Origin: Candidatus Levyibacteriota bacterium
GTDB taxonomy: Bacteria; Patescibacteriota; Microgenomatia; Levybacterales; UBA12049
Reading direction: 5' to 3'
NCBI GenBank assembly: GCA_041906785.1
Contig: JAYRIM010000023.1
Span: forward strand, 19 to 64,018
DNA: 64,000 nucleotides
Part shown: in pieces, positions 30,022 to 41,051 of the stretch
Position numbering within the stretch: position 1 is the stretch's first letter
How the letters are laid out: every line of letters begins with the position of its first letter
The notes under the pieces: generated by a model
The model's input: the letters and a program-made list of their open reading frames with translations, nothing else
What the model was told of the DNA's origin: nothing
Database searches by the model: none
Position numbers and translations under genes: made by a program

Positions 30022-32733
30022 CTAACTAGGATAATGGCATTTTTTATATTTTTTCCCGCTTCCGCACCAGCAAGGATCATTCCGACCTAGCTTTTGGGGT
30101 TTACTAGCTGTGGCCTGTTCAACAACTGATGCTTGATTCTTTGTCTCTGTGACTCTTTGACTCTTCTTACTACTCACTTCGCTTTCCGGAGTATTCGCGT
30201 GAACATGTTGATGAAATTCAGGAGCGACTTGAACTTGCACTTTAAAAATACGATTCACGATCTCATCATCTATAGAGAACATTAATTGTTCAAACATTCT
30301 GAACGCTTCATTTTTATACTCAACGAGAGGATCTTTCTGCGCGTATCCTCGCAGTCCAATACCTTGACGGAGATCATCAATAGCATCTAAATGATCCATC
30401 CAAAAACGATCGATAGTACCTAATAATACATATTTTTCTATCTGTCGAGCTATTTCTTTACCTACTTGTTTTTCTTTTTTATCATACAGATCACGTGTCA
30501 GTTTCTTAAGAAATGTTACCTTTTCCTCAGATGATTGTTCTTGTTGCAACTGTTTAATAAGTTGTTTCGTAGAACTTTCGTCGAAAGGAATTATTACATT
30601 AAAACGCTCTGCTATATGTTCATTTACAGATTCTGTTGCTTCAAGATTATCTGCAAAAGAGATTGTTACCATTGTTTCGATAGCTTTCTCTACCCGCCGT
30701 AAGATTTCTTCCTTTGCAAATCCTTCTTCAGTATCTGTTTTTAATAAAATATCTCTTCGTAGCGCATAAATTATTTCACGTTGTTTATTTAGAACATCGT
30801 CGTACTCAACTAAATGTTTACGAATGTCGAAATTGAATCCTTCAACTTTTACCTGAGCATGCTCTATAGACCGGGATACAAGCGGGTGTTCCAATGGTAC
30901 ATCTTCAGGCATATTAAACCGTGTCATTAATGCTGATATTCTATCTCCACCAAAAAGACGCATTATTTCATCATCAAGCGACACATAAAACCGTGATCTA
31001 CCGGGATCTCCTTGTCTTCCTGAACGTCCACGAAGCTGATTATCAATACGACGTGACTCATGACGTTCTGTGCCTATAACGTATAATCCACCTAACTCTA
31101 AAACTTCTTTATGATTCTTTTCCCATTGTTTCCATTCTGAAGTGCCAAGTTTCGGTCGACCATCTTCATGTTTCGGGCTATCGCCTCCCAAAATAATATC
31201 GACACCACGCCCTGCCATATTAGTAGCAACTGTAACAGAACCTTTCTTTCCAGCTTGTGCAATAATCTGAGCTTCCCTGGCATGATTCTTTGCGTTTAGA
31301 ACCTCATGTTTTATCCCTCTTCTTCTGAGTAATTGTGACAGAATTTCATTCTTTTCAATTGAAGTCGTTCCGACTAATACCGGTTGTCCTACAGAGTAAG
31401 CTTTTTCGACTTCATCTACTACAGCAGTCAGTTTCGCTCGAGTTGTTTTATAAACAGCGTCTGCAAGATCTTCACGGACCATGGGATTATTTGTAGGTAT
31501 AACTACCACATCAAGTTTATAAATTTTTTGGAATTCTTCAGCCTCTGTCACTGCTGTACCTGTCATACCTGCCAAATGTGTATACATACGGAAGTAATTC
31601 TGAAGAGAAACTGTAGCGAGTGTCTTTGACTCTCTCTGTATAGGTACACCTTCTTTCGCTTCTATTGCCTGATGAATACCTTCAGATAATCGTCTTCCTT
31701 CCATAAGACGTCCAGTAAATTCATCTACAAGGATCACTTGGTTATCACGTACTATATATTCTTTTTCTTTATGAAATAGTGTTCGCGCCTTTAATGCAGC
31801 TTCTAAATGATAAACTGTATCAAAATCTTTCTCATAAATATCTTGTATGCCATACATTTTTTCTATTTTTGCAATTCCATGATCAGTCAAATGAGCTGTA
31901 CGGAGTTTCTCATCAATTTTATAATCAATTTCTGGTGTTAATCTCTGCACTACTTTTGAATATTCATAATATTTCTCTGAAGGAGCTTCGTCAGGCGCAG
32001 AAATAATGTGTGGTGTTCGAGCTTCATCAATTAGTACGGAGTCTACTTCATCGACAACAGCATAATAATAATCTCTTTGGACAATATCTTTACTATCTTG
32101 AGCCATATTATCTCTCAGATAATCAAAACCGAATTCAGAATTTATTCCATAGGTTATATCTGTTTGATATGCTTCTTTACGCGAAATAGGTCTCAGATGG
32201 GCCAAACGAGAATCAATAGCCTTTTCGTCAATATATGAAGGATCAAATATATATGATGCATCATTAATAATTGATGAGACAGATGTACCTAATAAATGAA
32301 AGATTTGTCCCATCCAGCCAGCATCACGACGCGCGAGGTAATCATTTACTGTAACAAGGTGGACATTTTTCCCTGTTAAACTGTGAAGGTATAATGCAAA
32401 CACTGCAGTTAATGTTTTTCCTTCTCCTGTTTTTTGTTCTGCGATTTTTCCTCGCGACAATGCAACAGCAGCCATTAATTGAACGTCGTATGGACGGATT
32501 TGCAGCATCCTCTTTGAAGCTTCGCGGACAAGCGAAAATGCTTCAGGCAGAATACTATCTAATGACTCACCTGAAATAATTCGCTCTTTAAATTCTCCTG
32601 TTTTTTTCGCGAAATCTTTTTCCTTTAAAGATGCAAGTGGTTTTTCTAATGCATTAATTTCATCAACAATTGTACGAAGCCTTTTTATTTCTTTTTCATT
32701 GGAGTCAAACAATCGGGAAAGGAAAGCAACCAT
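30022..32733 (-). CDS. secA: Preprotein translocase ATPase SecA with C-terminal zinc-finger
   Basis: 903 aa, DEAD-like motor motifs. C-terminal CWCGSGKKYKKCH. Extended -10 (TGgTACAAT) 8 nt upstream of the ATG, no SD. Confidence 0.9.
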   Translation of the reverse strand: MVAFLSRLFDSNEKEIKRLRTIVDEINALEKPLASLKEKDFAKKTGEFKERIISGESLDSILPEAFSLVREASKRMLQIRPYDVQLMAAVALSRGKIAEQKTGEGKTLTAVFALYLHSLTGKNVHLVTVNDYLARRDAGWMGQIFHLLGTSVSSIINDASYIFDPSYIDEKAIDSRLAHLRPISRKEAYQTDITYGINSEFGFDYLRDNMAQDSKDIVQRDYYYAVVDEVDSVLIDEARTPHIISAPDEAPSEKYYEYSKVVQRLTPEIDYKIDEKLRTAHLTDHGIAKIEKMYGIQDIYEKDFDTVYHLEAALKARTLFHKEKEYIVRDNQVILVDEFTGRLMEGRRLSEGIHQAIEAKEGVPIQRESKTLATVSLQNYFRMYTHLAGMTGTAVTEAEEFQKIYKLDVVVIPTNNPMVREDLADAVYKTTRAKLTAVVDEVEKAYSVGQPVLVGTTSIEKNEILSQLLRRRGIKHEVLNAKNHAREAQIIAQAGKKGSVTVATNMAGRGVDIILGGDSPKHEDGRPKLGTSEWKQWEKNHKEVLELGGLYVIGTERHESRRIDNQLRGRSGRQGDPGRSRFYVSLDDEIMRLFGGDRISALMTRFNMPEDVPLEHPLVSRSIEHAQVKVEGFNFDIRKHLVEYDDVLNKQREIIYALRRDILLKTDTEEGFAKEEILRRVEKAIETMVTISFADNLEATESVNEHIAERFNVIIPFDESSTKQLIKQLQQEQSSEEKVTFLKKLTRDLYDKKEKQVGKEIARQIEKYVLLGTIDRFWMDHLDAIDDLRQGIGLRGYAQKDPLVEYKNEAFRMFEQLMFSIDDEIVNRIFKVQVQVAPEFHQHVHANTPESEVSSKKSQRVTETKNQASVVEQATASKPQKLGRNDPCWCGSGKKYKKCHYPS

Positions 32734-32760
32734 AGCAATCTATTGTACCATATGCTAGGC

Positions 32761-32798
32761 TCAAAAAAAATCCCCTACCATTAGAAGGCAGGGGATTT
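32761..32798 (-). terminator. Strong intrinsic terminator (12-bp stem with G-U, 7-nt loop, U8 tract) between a polybasic sORF and secA
   Basis: Minus strand reads AAATCCCCTGCC-TTCTAAT-GGTAGGGGATTT-TTTTTTTTGA. Lies about 30 nt upstream of the secA ATG. Confidence 0.7.
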
Positions 32799-33277
32799 AC
32801 CAATCGATCAATTGGTATTGATCAAAAACAAAGATTACGTTACTTTCGTGACTTTGTCTTTCTTTTTGCTACTTTTCTTTTTACTGTTTTCTTTGCCATG
32901 ATCTAATCACCCCCCTTCGTCCCGCGAAGCCTTGTGCGTAGTGGGATTTTTCCTTCTCATTATCCAATCCTCATGAAATTTATTCTTCAGACTGGACTTC
33001 GGAGGGGCAGGCCCCCTAACCAAAATCTTTCCCAAACTGAAAGTGAGCAGGTTATATTTATAGTTGTATATTTTGAGGCTAATTGTCAAGAAAAATCTCT
33101 GCTTCAGCAATGAGAGTTTAGATTGCTAAATCAACAAAAATCATCGACGTAATTTATTACAATTTTTAAACAAAATGAGGCTAGAAATATAAAAAATTGT
33201 TATATTGTTTTATTGCTATATTGTTGAGAAATGTAAATAATTATTAATAATATAACAATTTAGCACTATAGCAATAA

Positions 33278-34540
33278 TTAAAGAGGCTTTAGAACATCTT
33301 TCCCTATATATTTTTGTAAAACCTGTGGAATAATAACAGTTCCGTCTTCTTGTTGATAGTTTTCTAAAATTGCAATAATTGTTCGGCCGATTGCAAATGC
33401 AGTACCGTTTAAGATATACGCATATTCTGTATTATCTCCATCACGATATCGTATCTTTAATCTTCTTGACTGGAAATCAGTAACAGTAGATACTGACGTT
33501 ACTTCACGATACTTATTCTGCCCTGGCATCCATGCTTCTATATCAAATTTCCTCGCTGCTGGAAAACCTAGATCACCAGTACACATTTTTACAACTTGAT
33601 AAGGTATATCTAATGCTTGGAAGAATTTCTCTTCAAGGGAAAGAAGATATTCATGTTCTTCATCGTCTTTTCCTTTTTCTACAAATGAAACCATTTCAAC
33701 TTTATCAAATTGATGTACGCGTAAAATACCTCTCGTATCTTTACCATAAGACCCTGCTTCACGACGAAATGCAGTACTAAATCCAACATATCGTTTTGGT
33801 AATGTTTTTTTCTGTAATGTTTCATCCATATGCATTGGAACGAGTGCATGCTCAGCAGTTCCTACTAAAACGAGGTTGTCTGAAGGAATCATAAACATAT
33901 CTTCATCACCACCATTTTCCATATACCCTAATCCTTTCATTGTTTCTTTTTTAAGAAGAACTGGAGTAACAACTGGTGTAAAACCTTCTTTCATGAGTGA
34001 CTCTAAGGCAAGTTGAACAAGAGCAAATTCCAGTAAAACTGCATCACCTTTCAGATATGCAAATCGTGCTCCAGAAACTTTTGATGCTCTTTCGACATCG
34101 ATAATTCCTAATTTTTCACCAAGTTCCAAATGGTCTTTTGGAGAGAAAGAAAACTTCGTTGGCTCTTTATATGTACGGATTACATCATTTTCTTTATCAT
34201 CTTTACCTACTTTTACATCTGATTTTGCGGGATTTGGAATACTGGTAAGAAGTGGGTGAATTTGGTCATGAAGCTTTTTTAACTGTTCTTCCTTATCGTC
34301 CAGTGCAATTTTTACTTTTTTTCCTTCCTCTATAATTTTCGAACGTTCTCCATTAACAGCTTGTGCTACTGCTTTTGCAAACTTGTTTTTCTCTTCACGA
34401 AGCTTTTGAACTTCAATGAGAACGTTTCTATATTCAGATACAATCTTCATGATTGCATCGATATCAAGCGAAACACCCTTATCTGCTGCCGATTCTTTAA
34501 TTTTCTGCGGATTTTCGAGGATTACATTTATATCTAACAT
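33278..34540 (-). CDS. serS: Seryl-tRNA synthetase
   Basis: N-terminal coiled-coil arm plus class II core. 420 aa. 11 nt downstream of rpsT. Confidence 0.9.
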   Translation of the reverse strand: MLDINVILENPQKIKESAADKGVSLDIDAIMKIVSEYRNVLIEVQKLREEKNKFAKAVAQAVNGERSKIIEEGKKVKIALDDKEEQLKKLHDQIHPLLTSIPNPAKSDVKVGKDDKENDVIRTYKEPTKFSFSPKDHLELGEKLGIIDVERASKVSGARFAYLKGDAVLLEFALVQLALESLMKEGFTPVVTPVLLKKETMKGLGYMENGGDEDMFMIPSDNLVLVGTAEHALVPMHMDETLQKKTLPKRYVGFSTAFRREAGSYGKDTRGILRVHQFDKVEMVSFVEKGKDDEEHEYLLSLEEKFFQALDIPYQVVKMCTGDLGFPAARKFDIEAWMPGQNKYREVTSVSTVTDFQSRRLKIRYRDGDNTEYAYILNGTAFAIGRTIIAILENYQQEDGTVIIPQVLQKYIGKDVLKPL

Positions 34541-34551
34541 AAGATCAACAC

Positions 34552-34860
34552 CTACTTTTTCTTTGCGGATGTCTTTTTCTTTGATGCTACTTTTTTGGTA
34601 GCTTTCTGTTCTTTTACAGCAGGAGTGCTGCCAACGGCTTTAGACAAAGAAGATTTTAGCCGTGCGGCTTTATTTGCGTGAATAATATGCTTTTTTGTAG
34701 CTTTATCAATACTCGAGAATGCCTCACTCACAGTCTCTGCAGAAGGATTTTGCTTCGCCTTTTTAATAAGTTTTTTAAATGTCTCCTTAATACGGAGATT
34801 ATCATCTGTTCGCTTTTTATCTTGTCGTAATTTTTTCTTTGCGTGTTTTAGTACTGGCAT
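34552..34860 (-). CDS. rpsT: 30S ribosomal protein S20 with Lys-rich C-terminal extension
   Basis: MPVLKHAKKKLRQDKKR...HANKAARLKS typical of bS20. Confidence 0.8.
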   Translation of the reverse strand: MPVLKHAKKKLRQDKKRTDDNLRIKETFKKLIKKAKQNPSAETVSEAFSSIDKATKKHIIHANKAARLKSSLSKAVGSTPAVKEQKATKKVASKKKTSAKKK

Positions 34861-34983
34861 TCCGCTATTTTACCATGCTATACTTAAAAACACAACATTT
34901 TTAGGGAAATCCGAAGCACGAATTCCGAAATACGAAACAAACTTTCATTTACAAAACTACTCATTTTCTCTTCATTGGTTTAG

Positions 34984-35011
34984 TTTCGAATTTCGATATT
35001 CGATATTCGAA
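34984..35011. promoter_or_regulatory. Four tandem heptamers TTTCGAA-TTTCGAT-ATTCGAT-ATTCGAA directly upstream of murJ (candidate operator)
   Basis: Direct reading of the repeats. They end 10 nt before the murJ ATG and overlap the -10 region. The same heptad family occurs at the ftsK promoter. Confidence 0.5.
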
Positions 35012-35021
35012 TTTATAAAAT

Positions 35022-36761
35022 ATGCCCCAAAATATTATCCAAAAAAGTATAAATTTGTTGCTCAAACGCCAAACAAATATTCTTTCTGCAGCGTTTATCA
35101 TAATGCTTACAGTTATACTATCCCAAATTTTAGGACTGGTTAGGCAGCGCTTACTTGTCTCTATTTTTGGCGCATCAAACATCTTGGGTATCTACAACTA
35201 CGCAACACTTCTTCCAGATACTATTTTCCAATTAACTATAGCTGCTGCGCTTTCTAGCGCATTTATACCTGTTTTTTCAGATTATCTCCATAAAGGAAAA
35301 AAGGAAGAAGCAAATAGTATTACTTCAACGCTACTTGTTTTAGGACTTGTTGTTTTTTTCATTCTATCTATTCTTTTATCAATTTTTGCTCCTTTTCTCC
35401 TACAATTATTTAACGGTCGAGGACAATTTTCTCCTCATGAAATGGATCTTATGGCAAACATGATGAGAATTGTTGTATTTGGACAATTATTATTTATCAT
35501 AGGCACGTTTCTTACAGCTATTCTTCAATCGTACAATCATTTTTTTATTCCAGGAATTGCTGCAGCTCTGTACAATTTAGGTATTATTATTGGTGTTTTT
35601 TTCTTATCTAGTTTTTTAGGTATTTATTCCGCACCTGTGGGAATAATAATTGGCTCGTGTCTTTTTATTCTTGTACAATTACCCATGATCTATCGCGTAG
35701 GGTTTCAATTTAAACCAGCTTGGAAATTTGTACAATCTGATGGTGTGAAACGTATATTTAATTTAATGTGGCCGCGAACGGTATCTATAATCGTTTTCCA
35801 AGTCGGCACTCTTGCTATAGCATCACTTATTTCCTTTCTGATTGATCCTGGTCGTATGCTGGTTATTTATGATTTCGCGAAAACCCTCGCTTTTGCACCG
35901 GTCGTCCTTTTTGGTCAATCTATTGCTCAAGCAGCGTTCCCGGTACTTGCAAGGGAAAAAGACGATTTACAGCTTTTTAAACAAACATTTCTAACGAGCT
36001 TCAATCAAATGTTATATCTTATACTTCCGATTTCGGCACTGATTCTTGTTCTTCGCATTCCAATCGTCCGCCTTATCTTCGGAGCCGACATGTTTGACTG
36101 GGATGCAACTGTACTAACAGGAAGAACACTTGCATTTTTTTCTTTATCGATTTTTGCTTCAGCTCTCATAATGCTTATTTATCGAGCGTTTTATGCATTA
36201 CAGAATACATTTCTTCCTTTTGTTGTTGGTTTAATTACGACAATTCTTATGATATTAATGTCAGGACTATTTGTTCTTATTTATAGTAGTGGTCTACAGA
36301 AACTAGTCTATCCTTATTCATTATTTAACGGAGCAATTGACGGCGAATTAGTAGTCAGCTTCGGTGTAGAAGGTTTAGCATTCGCGTATAGTATTACTAC
36401 AATCTTAAGCCTTGTATTTCTTATGGTACTACTACGCCAACGAATAGGTGCTTTCAAAGATGCGGATTTCTTTACTCCACTTTTTAAGATTTTCTTTTCT
36501 TCCATGCTGACAGCAATAGCTCTTTATATTCCACTTAAATTTCTCGACCAATTAGTCTTTGATACCTCCAGAACAGTAGGGCTGCTCGTCCTTACAGGTA
36601 TATCAAGTGCAATCGGGTTATCTCTTTATCTATTCCTAACATGGTTGTTAGATGTTAAGGAAGCGAGAACATATTTGTTCATGTTAAAGAAGATTGGCAA
36701 CTGGCGCGAAGTTCTCGGAATAACAGAAGAAGTCATAGACGCCAACCGCGTAAATCCATAA
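35022..36761 (+). CDS. murJ: Lipid II flippase MurJ (MviN)
   Basis: 579 aa, about 14 TM, MurJ-like N-terminal region LSQILGLVRQRLLVSIFGAS. Confidence 0.8.
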   Translation: MPQNIIQKSINLLLKRQTNILSAAFIIMLTVILSQILGLVRQRLLVSIFGASNILGIYNYATLLPDTIFQLTIAAALSSAFIPVFSDYLHKGKKEEANSITSTLLVLGLVVFFILSILLSIFAPFLLQLFNGRGQFSPHEMDLMANMMRIVVFGQLLFIIGTFLTAILQSYNHFFIPGIAAALYNLGIIIGVFFLSSFLGIYSAPVGIIIGSCLFILVQLPMIYRVGFQFKPAWKFVQSDGVKRIFNLMWPRTVSIIVFQVGTLAIASLISFLIDPGRMLVIYDFAKTLAFAPVVLFGQSIAQAAFPVLAREKDDLQLFKQTFLTSFNQMLYLILPISALILVLRIPIVRLIFGADMFDWDATVLTGRTLAFFSLSIFASALIMLIYRAFYALQNTFLPFVVGLITTILMILMSGLFVLIYSSGLQKLVYPYSLFNGAIDGELVVSFGVEGLAFAYSITTILSLVFLMVLLRQRIGAFKDADFFTPLFKIFFSSMLTAIALYIPLKFLDQLVFDTSRTVGLLVLTGISSAIGLSLYLFLTWLLDVKEARTYLFMLKKIGNWREVLGITEEVIDANRVNP

Positions 36762-36770
36762 ATCTAGTAT

Positions 36771-37094
36771 ATGCTTAAAATATTTGTTATCGCTCCAAAA
36801 GAATATACTGATCAGATAATTGACGCTATGGCAAATGCTGGAGCAGGTATCATAGGGAACTATTCACACAATGCTTTTATAACTGAAGGCTTGGGTAATT
36901 GGAAAAGTGAAGAAGGAGCGAATCCAGCTATTGGCGAAGTAGGAAAAATGAGTAGGGAACCAGAAGCAAAAATTGAAATGGTTTGCCCTGAAGAAAAATT
37001 AAATGAAGTTTTAACTGCAATACGTAGAATTCATCCCTATGAAGAACCTGCAATCGACATTATAAAACTGTATGATTTTCAGAGACAGATATAA
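36771..37094 (+). CDS. Small PII-like protein related to the insert domain of NIF3/YqfO family proteins
   Basis: 107 aa. HPYEEPAIDI motif as in the NIF3 PII-like insert. Confidence 0.4.
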   Translation: MLKIFVIAPKEYTDQIIDAMANAGAGIIGNYSHNAFITEGLGNWKSEEGANPAIGEVGKMSREPEAKIEMVCPEEKLNEVLTAIRRIHPYEEPAIDIIKLYDFQRQI

Positions 37095-37102
37095 TATTGG
37101 AT

Positions 37103-37137
37103 AAAAAAAATCCGCTCTCGCGGATCTGTCTTTTATT
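37103..37137. terminator. Bidirectional intrinsic terminator between the 36771 gene and groEL
   Basis: A8-ATCCGC-TCTC-GCGGAT-CTGTCTTTTATT. The hairpin is flanked by an A-run upstream and a T-rich tract downstream. Confidence 0.7.
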
Positions 37138-37168
37138 AATCAACTGATAACTGAAAACCGACAACTGA

Positions 37169-38836
<1,668 letters not shown>

Positions 38837-39136
38837 TTATTCTACAATTGCTAAAAGATCTGATTGTTTAACAAGTTTCCATTCTTCACCATTTACTTTT
38901 ACTTCATTTCCTCCCCATTTCGTATACATAACTTTCATCCCTACTTTTACAACCATAGGAATTTTATTCCCTTTTTCATCTATTCCTCCATCACCAACTG
39001 CCATAACTTCTCCTGTTTGAGGCTTTTCTTTCGCTGTATCTGGAAGATAGATACCGCTTTTTGTTTTTTCTTCTGCCTGTAGCGGTTTAACTAAAATGTT
39101 ATCAAATAATGGTTTTATGTTTAATTTCGCTGCCAT
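38837..39136 (-). CDS. groS: Co-chaperonin GroES
   Basis: 99 aa. Mobile loop and IVE terminus. Immediately upstream of groEL. Confidence 0.9.
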   Translation of the reverse strand: MAAKLNIKPLFDNILVKPLQAEEKTKSGIYLPDTAKEKPQTGEVMAVGDGGIDEKGNKIPMVVKVGMKVMYTKWGGNEVKVNGEEWKLVKQSDLLAIVE

Positions 39137-39392
39137 ATCAATGTTATCTCTTATAGATTAATCACTTGTGATTGATTACTGCTAATTTATACACTATCCT
39201 ATCTTTTCTTGTCAATATCCTGTAGTGTATGTGTTTTAATTTCTATTTTCGATAATATCATTATTCCTTCTATTAAACAATAATAAATGATATCGTATGA
39301 TACTGTTTATACTCTTCTTCTCTTGACATTATCCTAACTTCTTCTATACGATAATCTTAACTAGGAAAACTAGGTTGTGGAAAAATTTTTTC

Positions 39393-40598
39393 ATGAATAT
39401 CACTCCTAAAAAAATATTATTATTTGGATTTATTGCTGTACTTCTCGTAGGTATACCTGTATCCTTATATCTCTTACAACAACAACAGGAAACAAGATCT
39501 AGAGCAGAACGATCGACAAGTCTTTCATTTTTACCACAATCAAGTACAACAGCACCAATTAAAAAAGCAGTTGGCGAAGAAGTTACACTTGATGTCCAAG
39601 TAAATCCAGGAAAAAATATTGTTTCTTTCGTAAAATTAGAAATCCAATATGACGAAACGAAGTTAGCCACAGCAGAAGCGAACGGTTTTAGCGTTAACGA
39701 AACTGCATTCCCTGTTACTTTAGAAGGTCCAGCATATAGTCCAGGAAAAATAGCAGTTACCTTATCAATAGGATCTGATCCCACAAAAGCAATCCAAACA
39801 GTGACTCGAGCAGCTACAGTGAAATTTAAAGCAAAAGCAGATACAGGAACGACGCCAACAAATGTTATATTCGGAAATGGTACAGAAATTCTTTCAATAG
39901 GGGAAACTGATCAAGCACAAGAAAATGTATTATTAAATGTTAACCCTGCTGTTATTGCCATAGGAGGTACTAGTACAGTAACTCCATCTATTTCAGTTCA
40001 ACCATCAGTCCAACCATCTATAACGAAAGCACCTACTACGCCAGTGAATCCGACCACTCCTCCTGGCCAGCCAACTGCTGTTCCTACAGCCGCTCCTACG
40101 CCAGGACCAACTACTGCAAATCAATTACCTGTTTGTAGCAATCTCAATCTTGATAGGGCAAATACAGGTACAGCACCATATTCAATAACATTTACAGCAG
40201 TCGGAACTGATGCCGATGGAACGATCCAAAAAGTTACATTTAATTATGGTGATGGTCCTATAGAGCCAGTAACCAGCACTGGCGGTATCGGAACAAATAC
40301 AGTCAGTGTGCAACGTTCTCACACATATAATAATCCTGGAACCTATACAGCATCAGCAAGCTTAACTGATAGTGGCAATGCAGTGAATGATCCAGCTACA
40401 TGTAAACAGACTATTGTAGTCCTGGCTCCACAATCAGGAGGTCCAGGTACTGGTGGTGGCACTACGCCTGTAGCATCTTCAGGAGCTCAACCTACGGTGT
40501 CGATAGCTAAACCAGGCGCAGGGGATCTTATGATAGGCGCTGGAGCTATAGCATTATTGTTAACAGTTGTTGGCGGCTTCCTCTTCTTCGCCCTATAA
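39393..40598 (+). CDS. Surface protein paralog with N-terminal signal anchor plus QQQQETRSRA motif, PKD-like domain, Gly-rich segment and C-terminal TM. Start at ATG 39393; the track starts at TTG 39375.
   Basis: PKD-like YSITFTAVGTDADGTIQKVTFNYGDGP...HTYNNPGTYTASA, homologous to 6430-7779. C-terminus AKPGAGDLMIGAGAIALLLTVVGGFLFFAL. Confidence 0.55.
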   Translation: MNITPKKILLFGFIAVLLVGIPVSLYLLQQQQETRSRAERSTSLSFLPQSSTTAPIKKAVGEEVTLDVQVNPGKNIVSFVKLEIQYDETKLATAEANGFSVNETAFPVTLEGPAYSPGKIAVTLSIGSDPTKAIQTVTRAATVKFKAKADTGTTPTNVIFGNGTEILSIGETDQAQENVLLNVNPAVIAIGGTSTVTPSISVQPSVQPSITKAPTTPVNPTTPPGQPTAVPTAAPTPGPTTANQLPVCSNLNLDRANTGTAPYSITFTAVGTDADGTIQKVTFNYGDGPIEPVTSTGGIGTNTVSVQRSHTYNNPGTYTASASLTDSGNAVNDPATCKQTIVVLAPQSGGPGTGGGTTPVASSGAQPTVSIAKPGAGDLMIGAGAIALLLTVVGGFLFFAL

Positions 40599-40610
40599 AG
40601 TACCAAACTA

Positions 40611-41036
40611 TTAGCTTACGTCAGCTATAAATTCATCAATAGTTTTATACATTTTCGAAAAAATATGATATAGACTTTCTGCTTCTTTTTGTTCACCAAT
40701 CACAATACATTCTTTTCCTAATCCAAATGCTATACCTGCTTCAACATGCGCTGATTTTCCAGCAGGTAGCAATAAAAGTAAAACTCTTGAATCTTTTAAA
40801 CCTTGTAAATCGTTGTCAAACATCTGTCTTGCATTTGTATCATTTTTCCAATCCTTTGTAGATTCATAAATTTTCATTGTCTCTTCTGGATTATCCGTGA
40901 TCGTCATATATTGTTCTTTATTTTCAAGAAAACAATAAACCGTTTTTCCTTTATTTCGAAGTTTTTGAAGTAATTCTAGTATTATATTCTGGTTTCTCCA
41001 GCGAGAAGCAATAAAAAAATCATATTGTAGACTCAT
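40611..41036 (-). CDS. Small flavodoxin-like-fold protein resembling nucleoside 2-deoxyribosyltransferase-like / TIR-like families
   Basis: 141 aa. YDFFIASRWRN N-terminus. LLLLPAGKSAHVEAGIAFGLGK resembles the catalytic-Glu region of NDT-like proteins. Confidence 0.3.
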   Translation of the reverse strand: MSLQYDFFIASRWRNQNIILELLQKLRNKGKTVYCFLENKEQYMTITDNPEETMKIYESTKDWKNDTNARQMFDNDLQGLKDSRVLLLLLPAGKSAHVEAGIAFGLGKECIVIGEQKEAESLYHIFSKMYKTIDEFIADVS

Positions 41037-41051
41037 GCAAAGATTATAACA

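Noticed and set aside
32907-33110. 67-aa minus-strand ORF in the serS-secA spacer
   Set aside because: It overlaps the GC-rich structured segment, terminates inside the SD of the polybasic sORF, and has Pro/Lys-rich low-complexity sequence. It is more likely a noncoding leader.
39137-39230. CIRCE (HrcA operator) upstream of groES
   Set aside because: Only a short palindrome (AATCAC-TT-GTGATT) and a half-site-like TACTGCTAA are present. The consensus TTAGCACTC-N9-GAGTGCTAA cannot be aligned convincingly.
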